Positions 26,343-38,825 of a stretch of DNA of 64,000 nt are shown in pieces. Numbering within the stretch: position 1 is the stretch's first letter; each line of letters opens with the position of its first letter. This DNA comes from Squalus acanthias (taxonomy: Eukaryota). The notes under the pieces were generated by a model. It was not told the DNA's origin. It did no database searches and saw nothing but the letters and a program-made list of their open reading frames with translations. The stretch lies in the NCBI GenBank assembly GCA_030390025.1, contig CM059440.1, positions 47,120,001 through 47,184,000 on the forward strand, read 5' to 3'. The position numbers and the translations under genes are program-made.

Positions 26343-26485
26343 AAATAAGCAGAGTACGAAAGGACATGTATACTGATACAATGAATGGCCTTGTAGACAA
26401 GCTGCCAATGGACCTACCGGACCCCATAGGACCTATTATGCAGTTACAAGAAAAACTATTTGTGCCTGTGAAAGAATATCCAGAT
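26343..26485 (+). CDS. QKI: Quaking coding exon 2 (QUA1 end, linker, start of KH domain)
   Basis: Acceptor TTCTTTTTACAG, reading (E)[47 protein letters not shown], donor GTAAGT. 143 nt, in frame with exon 1. Confidence 0.98.
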
Positions 26486-27149
26486 GTAAGTATCTTTTTA
26501 AACAAATTATTTTTTGTGAAATAGGCACTTCTGATTTCATAGAAGTCATAGATTACACATTTTCAAAATACCCACCTACCTTCATAAATAGGACAGAAAC
26601 CGAATATCAAACGGAAGCTGAAGAAAATACTGATATTGGTTGCATTTTATTTGCTTGCTTTTAACTGCGAAATCAATCATAATTTTATAAACGTAATCTG
26701 GCTGTGAAATTCATACAGTAAAAATACAGAGTCGGTCTAATTATTTTAGTTGCAGAAATATTTGTTTTATATGCAAGCTTCACCCTCCCCGGTTTGCACG
26801 TTATAAACACTTGAATGAAAGCGCAGCTGGTGCCAGATTTTACTGCACTTTTTGAATCGTGTTCAAATATATCCAATGATGGCTAATGTATCCGCTGTTT
26901 TGTTTTTCTGGGGGATGGGGTTTCTCCATCCCTCCGACCTCCATATGAAACACTGACATCCTGTCTGCATTGCAGTGATTTAGTTGCAAACTGCAACCAC
27001 AAGTTTAAAATGTTGTGAATAAAAATTTTGTCCCGTAGTGCAGATTTATATATAATGGGGGAAGGAGAAGAGCTATGAGAATCTGGTTATTAAATAAGGC
27101 ACCACTGAAGTGAATTAAAAGGTGGCCAGAGAAGTAGCAGTATTGATGA

Positions 27150-28580
27150 GAGGGATACAACATCTGTTGAAAGGCTGGATATAGTGGCAGAGGGGGAAAT
27201 GGCTTATGGAATTCATGGACAATTGGAGACCGTAGATCAGATTGCTGTGCCTGTCGAACAACAGGCACTTTTTCTGTCCACAAATGGAAGAGCCTCCCCA
27301 GGTATAGGGGAGTTAATTTTGAATGGATTGGGCTTTATAGAGGAGTCGTGGGTTATTGAAGGGGAAAGAAGCAAGAGGAAACACTTCTTTTGGAGGCATG
27401 TTTAGCAATGGAGCAGATGTGAGAGTTCTACTTGAGATAAGCAGCAATATCTACAGGCTGGAGGACTAAAATTGGAACCATCAAAGGCAAGGCATAGGAG
27501 AGATGGTAGCTACTGGTTAGAATTGTGAAATACATGAAAAACTTGTCAAGAATTTAAAGAAACCTTATTGAATTGCCCTGCTGAAGGGCATAGAGGTGAT
27601 CAGGATGCAATGATTCAGCTACTGATGGGATTGGAGAGCATGGGGTTTGAAGAAATTTGATTGCTATCTGTAGGAGAGTGGATAGTGTTTTGGATAATGG
27701 GTGGAGGAGGTATCAGATGAAGAACATTGTGAGAGGGAGGGCAAACACCCAGGGAAACCCTGAGATCATGGTTTTTCCATTTAACTACAGCATAAGTGGA
27801 ATGATTTGAAAGGAACTAGGATATCCACGAGAATACCTTTTTGGGATGCTGTACAATGGCAACTTAATGTGATAATTGTAGGCGATTTCTGCATTTGAAG
27901 TTAAGCGGGCAGTATGAAGAACCAGAAGAATTAAGTTGTTTAATTTTGTAATTAATAATTGCGTAGCCCATGTGAAGTTGAGATGTAGAGCAGGATATTC
28001 AGGGGCTGACCAAATGTGGTATATTGGGTTCTGGCGACCGTTGGATGTGTTACAATAAAGCCAATGCCAAAGTATTGCAGTTACAGAAGAGCTTTTAGAT
28101 GAGCAGTATCTGTGACTAAAAGAGCTCTCGGGTTGATTTAAGCAAGAAGTGGATCTATAAAATGGAAGAAACTTTCTTTCTGGACCAACATACTGACAGG
28201 TGTGTACCTGAGAAGTATCAGCAGGAGTTTACTCAAGTTGAAGCAGATGTGAACAAGCTAGAAAATGGGTGAAGACTGGAGGGGAGTGAATGTTCTGCTG
28301 ATGGTCAAAAAGGTGAGAGGCAGAACTGGAAGATTATAGACCTGTTGAGCTAACATCTGTAGAAAATGCTCGAAAGCATATTATGGGATGTTATCCATAT
28401 ACATCTGACGGCTGCAGAGACTGGTATCCTGAGTGGTCACCATGAACTTAATGCACATCTTTAAAAAGATTCCAGTAATTTTTTTTTAAGGGATAACTAG
28501 TTGAGTGCAATCCATGTGGATATTTGCTTAGATTTTCCAAAAACAGATGAAGCTTACAAAGATTAGTTATGCAATTGAAT
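27150..28580 (+). mobile_element. Ancient CR1 LINE ORF2 remnant
   Basis: GATTATAGACCTGTTGAGCTAACATCTGTA encodes DYRPVELTSV near 28332, and VDICLDF occurs near 28516. Purine-rich; left boundary uncertain. Confidence 0.65.
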
Positions 28581-28839
28581 TTAAGAAATGTTAAAATAAT
28601 ACTGAAATATGATGTAACAATTGTGGGGTGACCACCAGTTGTGGAAGGTTTCTAGTAAACTGGAAGATGCACAGCACACTGGTGCACGTGGAGTGGGGTG
28701 CCAAAGAAAAGTGCCTGTGTCAGGTACTGTATGCTGAAATAAAGGGCTGCCCATTGAAGTATAATCAATGTTTTGAAGGCAAACACAATAGACCATTTGT
28801 TCTCATGGTCTCAAACAGCAAATTAAATGTGACTGTTAT

Positions 28840-29091
28840 TTTGTTGATGCTGGCTGAGGGATAATTGTCCAGGACACCAGGAGAACTCCCTGCTCTTCAA
28901 ATAGTGCATAGGATCTTTCATGTCCACCTGAGCAGACTGGGCCTCTGTTTAACCTCTCATCCGAAATATGGCATCTCTGACAATGCAACATACGCAGTAC
29001 TGAAGTGTTTTGCTGACGTCCTGAAGTGGTGTTTGACCCCACAACTGTCAGCTTTTGGGGTTGAGACTGCTACCAACTGAGCCAAACTGAC
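28840..29091 (-). mobile_element. DeuSINE (SacSINE1-like) 5' half
   Basis: Reverse-complement similarity to 31145-31420 (GCTACCAACTGAGCCA head, TCTCATCCGAAA core). Confidence 0.8.
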
Positions 29092-29329
29092 TTTTTAAAG
29101 GACATTCATATTTTTGAGGGGGCTCAAAAGCAAGAAGGAGAATTGCAAGTTGACACTGGTGGTGTAAATTTAGTTCTTCAGTGGGGGTTAGGAGTGTGAG
29201 TTTCAGTGCAGACATGCATATTGTCAGAGAAACTTGTGAATGAACCTGATAACAGTTTGGTAAACTGCATGAATAATCTACTTAGCACATGTAGTGAAAC
29301 TGTCTCCAACTTCCCAATGGCTTGGGGTG

Positions 29330-29620
29330 AATACACCTTGTATGATGGTGAATGCTACAGACCAGGAAGTCAAAGGCCTGATCCTGGTTTGTGCTGAGTT
29401 AGCTGATCTCGGCTGGGGTCTGCAAGAGGGCACTACAATTAATAATATAACCACTTACAGGGGTTGGAATCAGCCAGGGTTAGTGCTCCTGGTCACTGAA
29501 CTCCCATTACTAATTTTAAGTGTGTGTTTGGATGTCTGAGGACAAAATTAGTTTCAGCTCTGAGTAGCTTGCATAACACTTGCTGTTCAGGGTTGCACAT
29601 GAAGTATTCCTACTTGGGCA
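29330..29620 (+). mobile_element. Old SINE-like repeat (related copy near 17170-17280)
   Basis: ACAGACCAGGAAG...CTGAGTTAGCTGATCTC is similar to ACAGAACAGGAAG...CTGAGTTGGTCCATCTC. Confidence 0.45.
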
Positions 29621-31144
29621 AGATGTCAGATGGTGGTTTCATAACCCTGGAACTCGACTTCTCCCTTCTTAGTTTGATGGAAGTATTTGAAGTTCTGGCT
29701 GCTGTTTTGGACTATAGTAATACGGACATTCCCTGTTGATCAAACTTGGCTGGTGCTAGCTTCCAAAGCAGATTGTGTGCTTAACTGCTGAATGCACTTT
29801 TGTTGGTTAAATTTGTAATTCAGTCCACACAGCTGAGTAGAACTTCTTTCCTAGCTCTCCTTGGTCCCTTACCTACCTCACATCGCCTTGTATTTTAATT
29901 GCCAGGGCTCAATGACATTTTTAGCCCAGGCCTCCCTGATAGTGTGAAGATTACAGAATTACAGCTGTAAAAATTATCTATTCTCTGCTACAATTTTGGA
30001 TGTATGGCATTCCCCCAACCTCCTGAATGTAAGACTTCAGGTAAGTATCTGGCGCAGCATCACTGCACTCTGTTAAATCATTTAAATTAGTTCTGATAAA
30101 ACAAAATATTGCTGCATTTGTATTGACCAGTGAGGTTGCTGAGTTGAGGGAGTAGTTTCCAATAGACATGGTAAATAACTGTTGCAGATAAGTGAAAGCT
30201 TGATTTAAACATTGATGCTCTGTGTTTGTAACGCTGATTTCTTTTTAAACTCTTTGTATGAAATGCTTTTTTTATGTGCTTGCTGTGGAATGGTATGTAA
30301 CACTGATTTGAAGGGGGGGGGAGGAAGAACAGATTTCCAGATATTTGCATCAGATGTATGGAAGAAGGTTTTGGTTTGCAACTTTTACCTCTTTTTTTGT
30401 ATAGAGAACAGTTTTAGAATCGTAGAATTTGTGTCTTGTCTCCTTCAAAAGTTTGGTTTAGATTTTATGAAAATGTTAATATGCTCAATAAAGAAATGGG
30501 GCAAATCGACCTTGCTCAAGTCTAGAAATTACATTCAGCTAATGTAGCCATGTTAAATTTTGTTCCCAAAGTGATTTGTTGATATGTTTTGACAGCAATT
30601 ATTTTGAAGTCTAAAAGAACTGATCTGAAGGGCACTAAGAAAATGGTTCCATTTTTACAGCAAAGCTGAGAGAATGCAGCCATGGTCCTTTTTAACCTGG
30701 GATCAATTACACTGCAGTCCACTTGAGACCAACTGATCAATATTTTAATTGGAGAAGATGATGGGTGAAAAATGTAATGTTTTAGGGCCTGGAAGATCAA
30801 AATCCCTGTTTCCTTCTTCCCATGTTACAATATGACCATGGCATTGCTTTGATTAGGCTCATCATTGTTTTCCTGAAAGGACATTTCATGCCCAACTTGC
30901 TTTGTAGGAGCAAATGAAGCTGTTTTCCAGGTCTTGATGTTGGATTTCCACCTCAACAGCCTGTTTCCCCATGAACTGCAGGGAATTCTGGGAGTGGGGG
31001 GGAAGGAAAGATAAAAGGCACGAGTATCGCCAACATGAAGGGTATAAGAAAAAAGGAGAAGCAAAATATAGATAAGGGACACAAGGCAACAGGAAGTGGG
31101 ATAAAAAGCATAAAATATAATTTGGTTATATTTTGTCAGACACC

Positions 31145-31604
31145 GTGTCCGCTGTGGCTCAGTTGGTAGCACACTCTCCTCTGAGTTAGAAGGTTGTGGG
31201 TTCAAGTCCCACGCCAGGGACTTGAGCACATAAAGCTAGGCTGACACTCCAGTGCAGTGCTGAGGGAGTGCTGCACTGTTGGAGGTGCCGTCTTTCGGAT
31301 GAGACGTTAAACAGAGGCCCTATCTGCGCTCTCAGGTGGACGTAAAAGATCCCATGGTACTATTTTGAAGAGCAGGGGAGTTATCCCCTGTGTCCTGGCC
31401 AATATTTATCCCGCAACCAATATCGTAAACAGATTTATCTGGTCGTCATCACATTGCTGTTTGCGGGAGCTTGCTGTGCGCAAATTGGCTGCTGCGTTTC
31501 CCACATTACAATAGTGACTCCACTTCAAAAGTACTTCATTGGCTGTAAAGCGCTTTGAGACGTCTGGTGGTCGTGAACGGTGCTATATCAATGCAAGTCT
31601 TTTT
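31145..31604 (+). mobile_element. Full-length tRNA-headed DeuSINE (SacSINE1-like)
   Basis: A box TGGCTCAGTTGG, B box GGTTCAAGTCC, core TCTTTCGGATGAGACGTTAAAC...AAAAGATCCCATGG, and L2-type tail GCTATATCAATGCAAG. Confidence 0.9.
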
Positions 31605-31644
31605 ATCATAAATTTATGACCGTGATTGTTAACTTTTGACGTGG

Positions 31645-32190
31645 TCATAACGGCACAGAAGGAGGCCATTCAGCCCATCGAGTCTGTGTCGGCTCTCTGA
31701 GGAGCAATCCAGTCAGTCCCATTCCCCGCTCTATCCCTGTAGCCCTGCAAGTTTATTTCCCTCAAGTGCCTATCCAGTCTCCCCTTGAAAACATTGTGTG
31801 TGTCCGCTTCCACCACTTCTGTCGGCATCGAGTTCCAGGTCCTCGCCACTCGCATAAAGTTTTCCTCACATCCCCCCTGTATCTCTTGCCCAAAATCTTA
31901 AATCTGTGTCCCCTAGTCCTTGTATCATCAACTAGTGGGAACAGCCTTTCCCCGTCTAGCCTATCCAAACCCGTCATAATCTTGTACACCTCTATCAAAT
32001 CACCCCGTAACCTCCTTTGCTCTAATGAAAACAAATCCAGCTTCTCCAACCTGTCCTTGTAGCTAAGATCCCCCATCCCCAGAACCATTCTGGTAAATCT
32101 CCTCTGCACCCTCAAGGGCCTTCACATCCTTCCTAAAGTGTGGTGACCAGAACTGGGCGCAATACTCCAGTTGTAGTCTAACCAGCGCTT
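31645..32190 (-). mobile_element. CR1 LINE 3' end
   Basis: ORF 31762-32115 (RVQRRFTRM...FSLEQRRLRGDLIEVYKIM...TRGH). Confidence 0.92.
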
Positions 32191-32242
32191 TAAAGCCATA
32201 CCTAATTGATTTCCCCAAATAATTATCATGGCCAACTTTTAG

Positions 32243-32402
32243 TCTTGTTCCCGTTAAGCCCGGAAGCCACGCAGTCATCTGCAAGGTCCCGTGCAGGCCG
32301 CTCACCGGCTTTCACATTGTAGATACCCCGAATGTGCAAAAATTTGAACGGGCCATACAGTGGGGGAGGCAGGCTGCGCAGTGCGGCTTACGGGGGACAT
32401 TG
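32243..32402. mobile_element. Short hAT-type MITE (family of 56414-56558)
   Basis: Imperfect TIRs TGTTCCCGTTAAGC and GCTTACGGGGGACATTG; interior resembles the reverse complement of 56425-56525. Confidence 0.65.
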
Positions 32403-33190
32403 TTGGTAACCTGATTTATATGGTCTGTTTACCTGAAGATCATAATGACATCTATTCCTATTCAGCTTTAGTTGATAAGTTTGAAGCGGTGCTGTACATT
32501 GAAATGGCTTAATTCTGTGATGAGTGCATTCAAATTTGCGGTGGATAAATTATTAATGAGACCCAAACAGTCACCTGGGAGATTTGATGCAAGGTCGAGG
32601 GAGTAGTAGTTGGTTGACTGACTTCAATCCAGTAATTCATTAATTCTGAAAGTAAACTGCAGGGAGTTCAGCATGCTGTTAAGGGGAATGGCTTTTCTGT
32701 GGTGTAAAGACTGCATTTTCCAACCTACAGATGTTTTGATTTTATGGTTAATACTAACTCTGGTTCTGACTTGTAGCTGTATGGGATGTTTGCATCTTCT
32801 CTGCGAGCGCATATTTGACATTTTTAACCTGACAATTAATGCAGACTTTACTGTCGTGCAGGCTGTTGTGCCAAAACTCCAATATAGGTTTGCTGTCCAT
32901 CTGCAACCTTGTATGTAAAACTGCTTTGCCATTTAGCCCTGTTAAAGCAGTGACACCAGAAAGCCTAAACTACCTGTCTGGGCACTGTTCAGTTTGAGGA
33001 GATACTCAATAGACAGATTTCTTTTGTGGTTTACGTTTTTACTCATCTAAGATTATGATTGTGTCTTGGCCTGGGGCTTTTCGCTAAAACTAGATTTCAG
33101 CTACTAAAAGCCCAACTTGTTTTTGGAACTTATTTCCATCTCCAATGCTGTGAAAGCTGGGAGGAAGAACAATAAGGTGTGTATTTAAAG

Positions 33191-33590
33191 GGTCAGCTGT
33201 GGCTCAGTGGGTACCACCCTCACCTGAGTCAAGGTTGTGTGTTCAAGTCCCACTCCAGAGACTTGAGTGCAAAAATCTAGGCTGACATGCCAGTGCAGTA
33301 CTGAGGGAGTGCTGTACTATCGGTGGCACTATTTTGAAGAAGAGCAGGGGAGTTCTCCCTGGTGTCCTGGCCAATATTTATTCCTCAATCAACACTACTA
33401 AAACAGATTATCTGGTTATCATCACATTGCTGTTTTGTGGGATCTTGCTGTGTGCAAATTGGCTGCCGCATTTCCTACATTACAACAGTGACTACACTTC
33501 AAAAAGTACTTTGTTAGCCGTAAAGAGCTTTGGGATGTCCGGTGGTCATGAAAGGCGCTATGTAAATGCAAATCTTTATTTTCTTTTTAA
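33191..33590 (+). mobile_element. DeuSINE (SacSINE1-like) with internal deletion
   Basis: Collinear with 31145-31604 but lacks the TCTTTCGGATGAGACG...GATCCC segment. Confidence 0.88.
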
Positions 33591-34607
33591 AAAAAATTGG
33601 AATGGTTGAGAATTAAATTGAGTTGGAGAAAGGTGATAACAGAATATTAAAATTGTGCTTAAAATGCAAGATTGAATCAAATGCTGAGTTGATGCAGGAA
33701 TAAAACAACTGAGTAGGTTTGGCTGATGTTTTGTTTGAGCATTGCAATATAATAGAAGAAAATTAAGCAACTGGCTGGACTGGGGCGACTTGTCCTTGGA
33801 TCTGTTTGTAGTGTTGGGGTTAACAGTCACTTGACGTATGGGCCTTGGATTTTCCTCGCTCAGTTCCTAAGATATTGGGATGGGCGGAGACTTCTCTACT
33901 TGTCTTGAGGTTTTATCATAACATGAATTATCATGCCAGTTGGTATGGGTGCTGAGTTGCATATATGTCCTCTTGAGCCTGCTTGTAACCTGAAGTCCTC
34001 TTACCTGTTAATTGTTTTGTGGTTAAGGGAATTTGCAAGCTACTGAGTCTGTAAAATGCATCTTTCAAATCTGGTTCTAGAAAGCCTTTTTTTCCTTTTA
34101 CAATTGGTAATATATAGACAGTGATTCATTGACTGAAATGCATCTCCTTGGCTATTCTTGCCCCTGCTTGCACAATCTTTTACATGCACTGAAGTACTTG
34201 TCTCCTGGAATTGTTGGAATTCCAGTGGCACTGAGGGTGCTGAGTTTGTGGCAAATGTATTTTCCATTTCAAAAGATGGAAATGAAATACAGATATACAC
34301 TTGAGCATGAAGAAAGCTCTAGAGACATTCACCATATTTCATTGGCTGAGTGGGGAAATAGCCTGAAGGCATTGTAAGTGTAGACAATTCCTCTGGACCC
34401 TGGCATCAATGGTATAAACATTATTCAGCACCTTGTTTGAGGTTGCATCACTTTAATGGATCTTAGCTGATGCTACTGAGGGAAGGGGTAGGAAGAGTGA
34501 GGAAAAGCTTCTGACTGGTGAATGGTTTATCCACAGTTCAGAAAAAAGAAAAGCTAATTTAACATACTTCAGCCATGTTGATGTTTAAGCCTAGCTGTTG
34601 GATTTTC

Positions 34608-34800
34608 ATAGAAAATGCTGTAAACACTCAGCAGGTCAGGCAGCATCTGTAGAGAGAGTTAAAGTTTCAGGTTGATGACCTTTCATCAGAACTGGAAAAA
34701 AGTTGGCGATGTAACAGGTATTACGCAAGTATATGTTGCCTGACCTGAGTACTTCCAGCATTTTCTGTTACTGCAAAAGCTGGAAATCTGAAATATTTTG
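34608..34800. mobile_element. Penelope-like terminal repeats in inverted arrangement
   Basis: AGAAAATGCTG...CTCAGCAGGTCAGGCAGCAT is followed by its near reverse complement TGCCTGACCTG...CCAGCATTTTCT. Confidence 0.6.
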
Positions 34801-34984
34801 CTTTTGTATTGGTTTTTCATGTTGCCTTAATGTATAGAATTGTGTATATGACTGTGCCTGCAAGTTTTGTGTATTCTATATTCTAACACGTGCTCTTAAC
34901 AAACCATGACATGAGAAATCACGCAAACCTGCGTAAAACTTTTTTAAAAAGTAAGTCAGGTCATTAACTGATGGTTGCTGCAAG

Positions 34985-36350
34985 TCATAGAATCATAGAA
35001 TGGTTACAGCATGGAAGAAGGCCATTCGTCCCATCGAGCCCGTGCCGACTCTCAGCTCGCCCCACTCCCCTGGCCCCCACCCTTTCCCTGTAGCCCTGCA
35101 AATTTTTTTCTTTCAGATACTTATCAAATTCCCTTTTGAAAGAGAGAATTGAGTCTGCCTCCACCACCCTTTCAGGCAGTGCATTCCAGATCCTAACCAC
35201 TCGCTGTGTAAAGTTTTTTCTTACGCCGCCTTTGGTTCTTTTGCCAATCACCTTAAATCTGTGCCCTCTGGTTCTCGACCCTTCTGCCAATGGGAACAGT
35301 TTCTCTCCATCTACTCTGCCCTCATGATTTTGAACACCTCTATCAAATCTCCTCTCAATCTTCTCTGCTCCAAGGAGAACATCCCCCAGCTTCTCCAGTC
35401 TATCAACGTAACTGAAGTCCCTCATTCCTGGAATCATTCTCGTAAATCTTTTCTGCACCTTCTCTAAGGCCTTCACATCCTTCCTAAAGTGTGGTGCCCA
35501 GAATTGGGGACAGTACATCAGTTGGGGCCGAACCAATGTTTTATACAGGTTCATAATTTCCACACTAACTTGCTCTGCCACCTTCAACGATTTGTGCACA
35601 CATACTCCCAGGTCTCTCTGTTCGTGCAACCTCTTTAGGATTGTACCCTTTAGTTTATATTTCCTCTCCTCATTCTTTCTACCAAAATGTATCACTTCAC
35701 ACTTCTGCGTTAAATTTCATCTGCCATGTGTCTGTCCATTTCACCAGCTTGTTTGTCTTCCTGAAGTCATCACGCTCCTCCTCACTGTTCACTATACTTC
35801 CAAGTTTTGTATAATTTCCAAATTTTGAAATTATGCCCTGTACACCCACATCCAAGTCATTAATATATATCAAGAAAAGCAGTAGTCCTAGAACCGACCC
35901 CTGGGGAACACCACTGTATACCTTCCTCCAATCCGAAAAACAACCATTCACCACTACTGTTTCCTGTCACTTAGCCAATTCCGTATCCATGCTGCCATGG
36001 GCTTCAACTTTGCTGGCGAGCCTATTATGTGGCACTTTGTTGAACACCTTTTGGAAATCCATGTACACTAAGTCAACTGCCCTCATCCAACCCTCTGTTA
36101 CCTCATCAAAAAACGCGATCAAGTTGGCTAAACAAGATTTGCCTTTAACAAATCCGTGCTGGCTTTCCTTAGTTAATCCACACCTATCCAAGTGACTTAA
36201 CTTTGTCCTTGATTGCTGTTTCTAAAAGCTTCCCCACTACAAAGGTTAAACTGATTGGCCTGTAGTTGCCGGGTTTATCTTTACACCCTTTTTTTAACAA
36301 TGGTGTAACATTTGCAATTCTCCAGTCCTCTGGCACCACCCCCATATCTA
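34985..36350 (-). mobile_element. CR1 LINE 3' part with RT, very similar to 1583-2962
   Basis: ORFs 34985-35695, 35697-35954 and 35967-36191 (QHGFVKGKSCLANL, YMDFQKVFNKV, GVPQGSVLG); (ATTCTATG)n tail. Confidence 0.95.
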
Positions 36351-38294
36351 TAGAGTATTAGAATATTTAAAATTATTTTCTACCTATAATTGACTTGGCT
36401 TAAGAATGACAGATAACTGGCATCAGTTTATTTTAAACCCCCCCCCCCCCCTCGCAGCCACCAATGCCACACTTGTTAGTCACTTTACTGTGAGTTGATA
36501 AGCTACAGTGTGCAGAGTTGTATTTCAGGTACTGTTCCCATTCCAGATACATTAAAGGCTAAGGGATTGTGATGTTCAGTGATCACGTTCTCGCAATTAA
36601 GGATTTTTTCCCCCAATTAGCTGAAGGAAAACCATGTAGGATGTTAATAGGTTCCTTTTTCTCCTTGCCAGCAAACAAAGTTGGAATGGAAGCATGGGTG
36701 TTCAACCAGCAGCTTTTGCAGCTTGATATTTAATCATTTCCCTTTTTAAATACATGAATAAAGCTTGTTAATCTTTTTAAAATCTCTCTTCTCTCTCCTT
36801 TCTCCCCCACCTAGCAGCCACACATGGCAAACTAGCTGTTTTGTGGGCAGCTACTGTTGTCTAATTCCATCTGGCTAAATTGTCACTAGTCAGTCATCCC
36901 TCCACATATTTCATAATGTAGTTTGTTTTTGTCTTACAATCTAGCTGGCCCATTATATTTGAATCTGCTTGCTAAGTGTATTGGATTGCTTGCTAGCTAG
37001 TTTTCCTCTAGTAGTTTTTCTATTTTTAGAAAAAATTGCTTGACGGCCCCTACAATAATGGAAGGGGAATATTGTTTAGCATTTTGATATTTAAGGGAAA
37101 CTGCAGCTATTTTGAGCGTGCACATATTGCGGAGATGGGGAAGCATGTTAGTCACTACATTATAGGCTCGGTCTCTGGAGAGCACCCCAAGGGCAGTGTT
37201 CTCCTGAATGAACCTCCGAATTGTACTGTCTGTCTCCATGAACTGGCTGCAAATGGGAAGTGCAAGCTGGCAATGACATTTTGGCCAGCAAATGTGTGGA
37301 GTGTAGACCTAACAATGCTGTCAGGACCTTGATATGAAGACATGTTTGATGTCACTGTACAATGTCATGACATCACAGAAACCTGCTTTTACCACCATTG
37401 AAGTAGTGTGTATGTTAGCCTCATTAAAGCAGCTAGGAAGGCCTAGTGGACAGGTGTTCATCGCCGTTGGTCTGGAAAACAAAGTCGCAGCAGGTTTATT
37501 TTGATGTGCTGCTGGCTGAGAACATCTTAAAAGCTTTCTGTTGTAATGGGGGAAAAGGGAGAATAAAGTCAAAAAATGTAACTACCAGAAAAGGGATATT
37601 GCAAAATGTTAAACAAGCTGCATTCTATTGGTGAGGTAGACCTAGAATTCTGATATTAAAATTGGTTTCTACATGCAATTTAGTTGCTTAGAAAGTACAG
37701 AAGATTGCATGTCTGTACTATTGATGGTACTGCAGAATAGTGAGATTTGAGTTTGGGTCTGCAGTCTTCCCAGAATTAAAGATCTGATGTATCACCCAGG
37801 TGGGTGGGGAGGGGGAGCTTTCTAATGGATAGTGTCCAGGCTGCTCTTGCTTTTGCCTTCTGATTTGCTGTAAAGTTTGCAAGCAATTGAATCTAGCTTT
37901 AAATTAGTAAACACTTGGCTCTGTGCCTTCTACAGAGCATAATGTAGGTGCTGTCTCTAGAGTTGCCGCTGACTGGTGTCTGCACTACAAAGTTACTCAA
38001 TCTGTACATTGTATTGGATCGGGCCTCTCACTCCATATAAATGTGTGCATGTATATGTTGCCTTTTTTATGTACAATATTTTGGGATAGCTCTCCGAAGT
38101 AATTCTCCTAATGCAGTACAATGATAAACAATGCTAAAATTTGCTTTACCAGTGGACCTGGTGTTGCAATTAACAATCTTACTCCACTACCTTTTTAGCA
38201 CATTTTCCAAGGATTTGTAGTCTGTTATCTACTGCGATGAAAGCTGAAGTGAAGACAATTTCACTAGATATTACTGCACCATTTACAGCGAATG

Positions 38295-38825
38295 CTTTAC
38301 TGGCCGGCCTTCCATCCTCTGTAAACTTCAACTTATCCAGCATTCTGCTGCCTGTATCCTAACTCGCACCAAGACCTGTTCACCACTCCCTGACTTACAT
38401 TGGCTCCCAGTCTGACCACGCCTCAATTTTAAAATTCTCATCCTTGTGTTCAAATCCCTCCATGGCCTCTCCCTTAGCCCTGTAGCCTCCTCCTGCCCTA
38501 CAACCCTTCGAGAACTCTGCATTCCTGCAATTCTGGCTCTTATGCATCCCTGATTTCCTATGTCTTGCCATTAGCGGCTGTGCCTTCAGCTGCCGAGGCC
38601 CTAAGCGCTGGAATTCCCTCCCTAAACCTCTCCCTCTTCCCCCCCCCCCCCCCCCCCCCACCATCTCTATCTCTCCTTTAAGATACTCATTAAAATCTAC
38701 CTCTCTGACCAAGCTTTTGGACACCTGTCCTTTTATGGCTCAATGTTAAATTTTGTCTGATAACGCTCCTGTGAAGTGCCTTGGGATGTTTTAAGTTAAA
38801 GGCGCTATAAAATGCAAGTTGTTGT
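38295..38825 (+). mobile_element. L2 LINE 3' end
   Basis: Reads KLQLIQHSAACILTRT...LHWLPV...FKIL; tail AAAGGCGCTATAAAATGCAAGTTGTTG. Confidence 0.88.

Noticed and set aside
30660-30770. Possible RTE remnant (DPRLKRTMAAFSQL)
   Set aside because: Too short and degenerate to support a call.
31150-31225. tRNA gene
   Set aside because: The A and B boxes belong to a SINE head that continues into the Deu core and an L2-type tail.
34985-35695. Long ORFs (236 aa here, 252 aa at 40853, 188 aa at 49468, 207 aa at 47197) as host genes
   Set aside because: They are fragments or antisense frames of truncated, frameshifted LINE copies.
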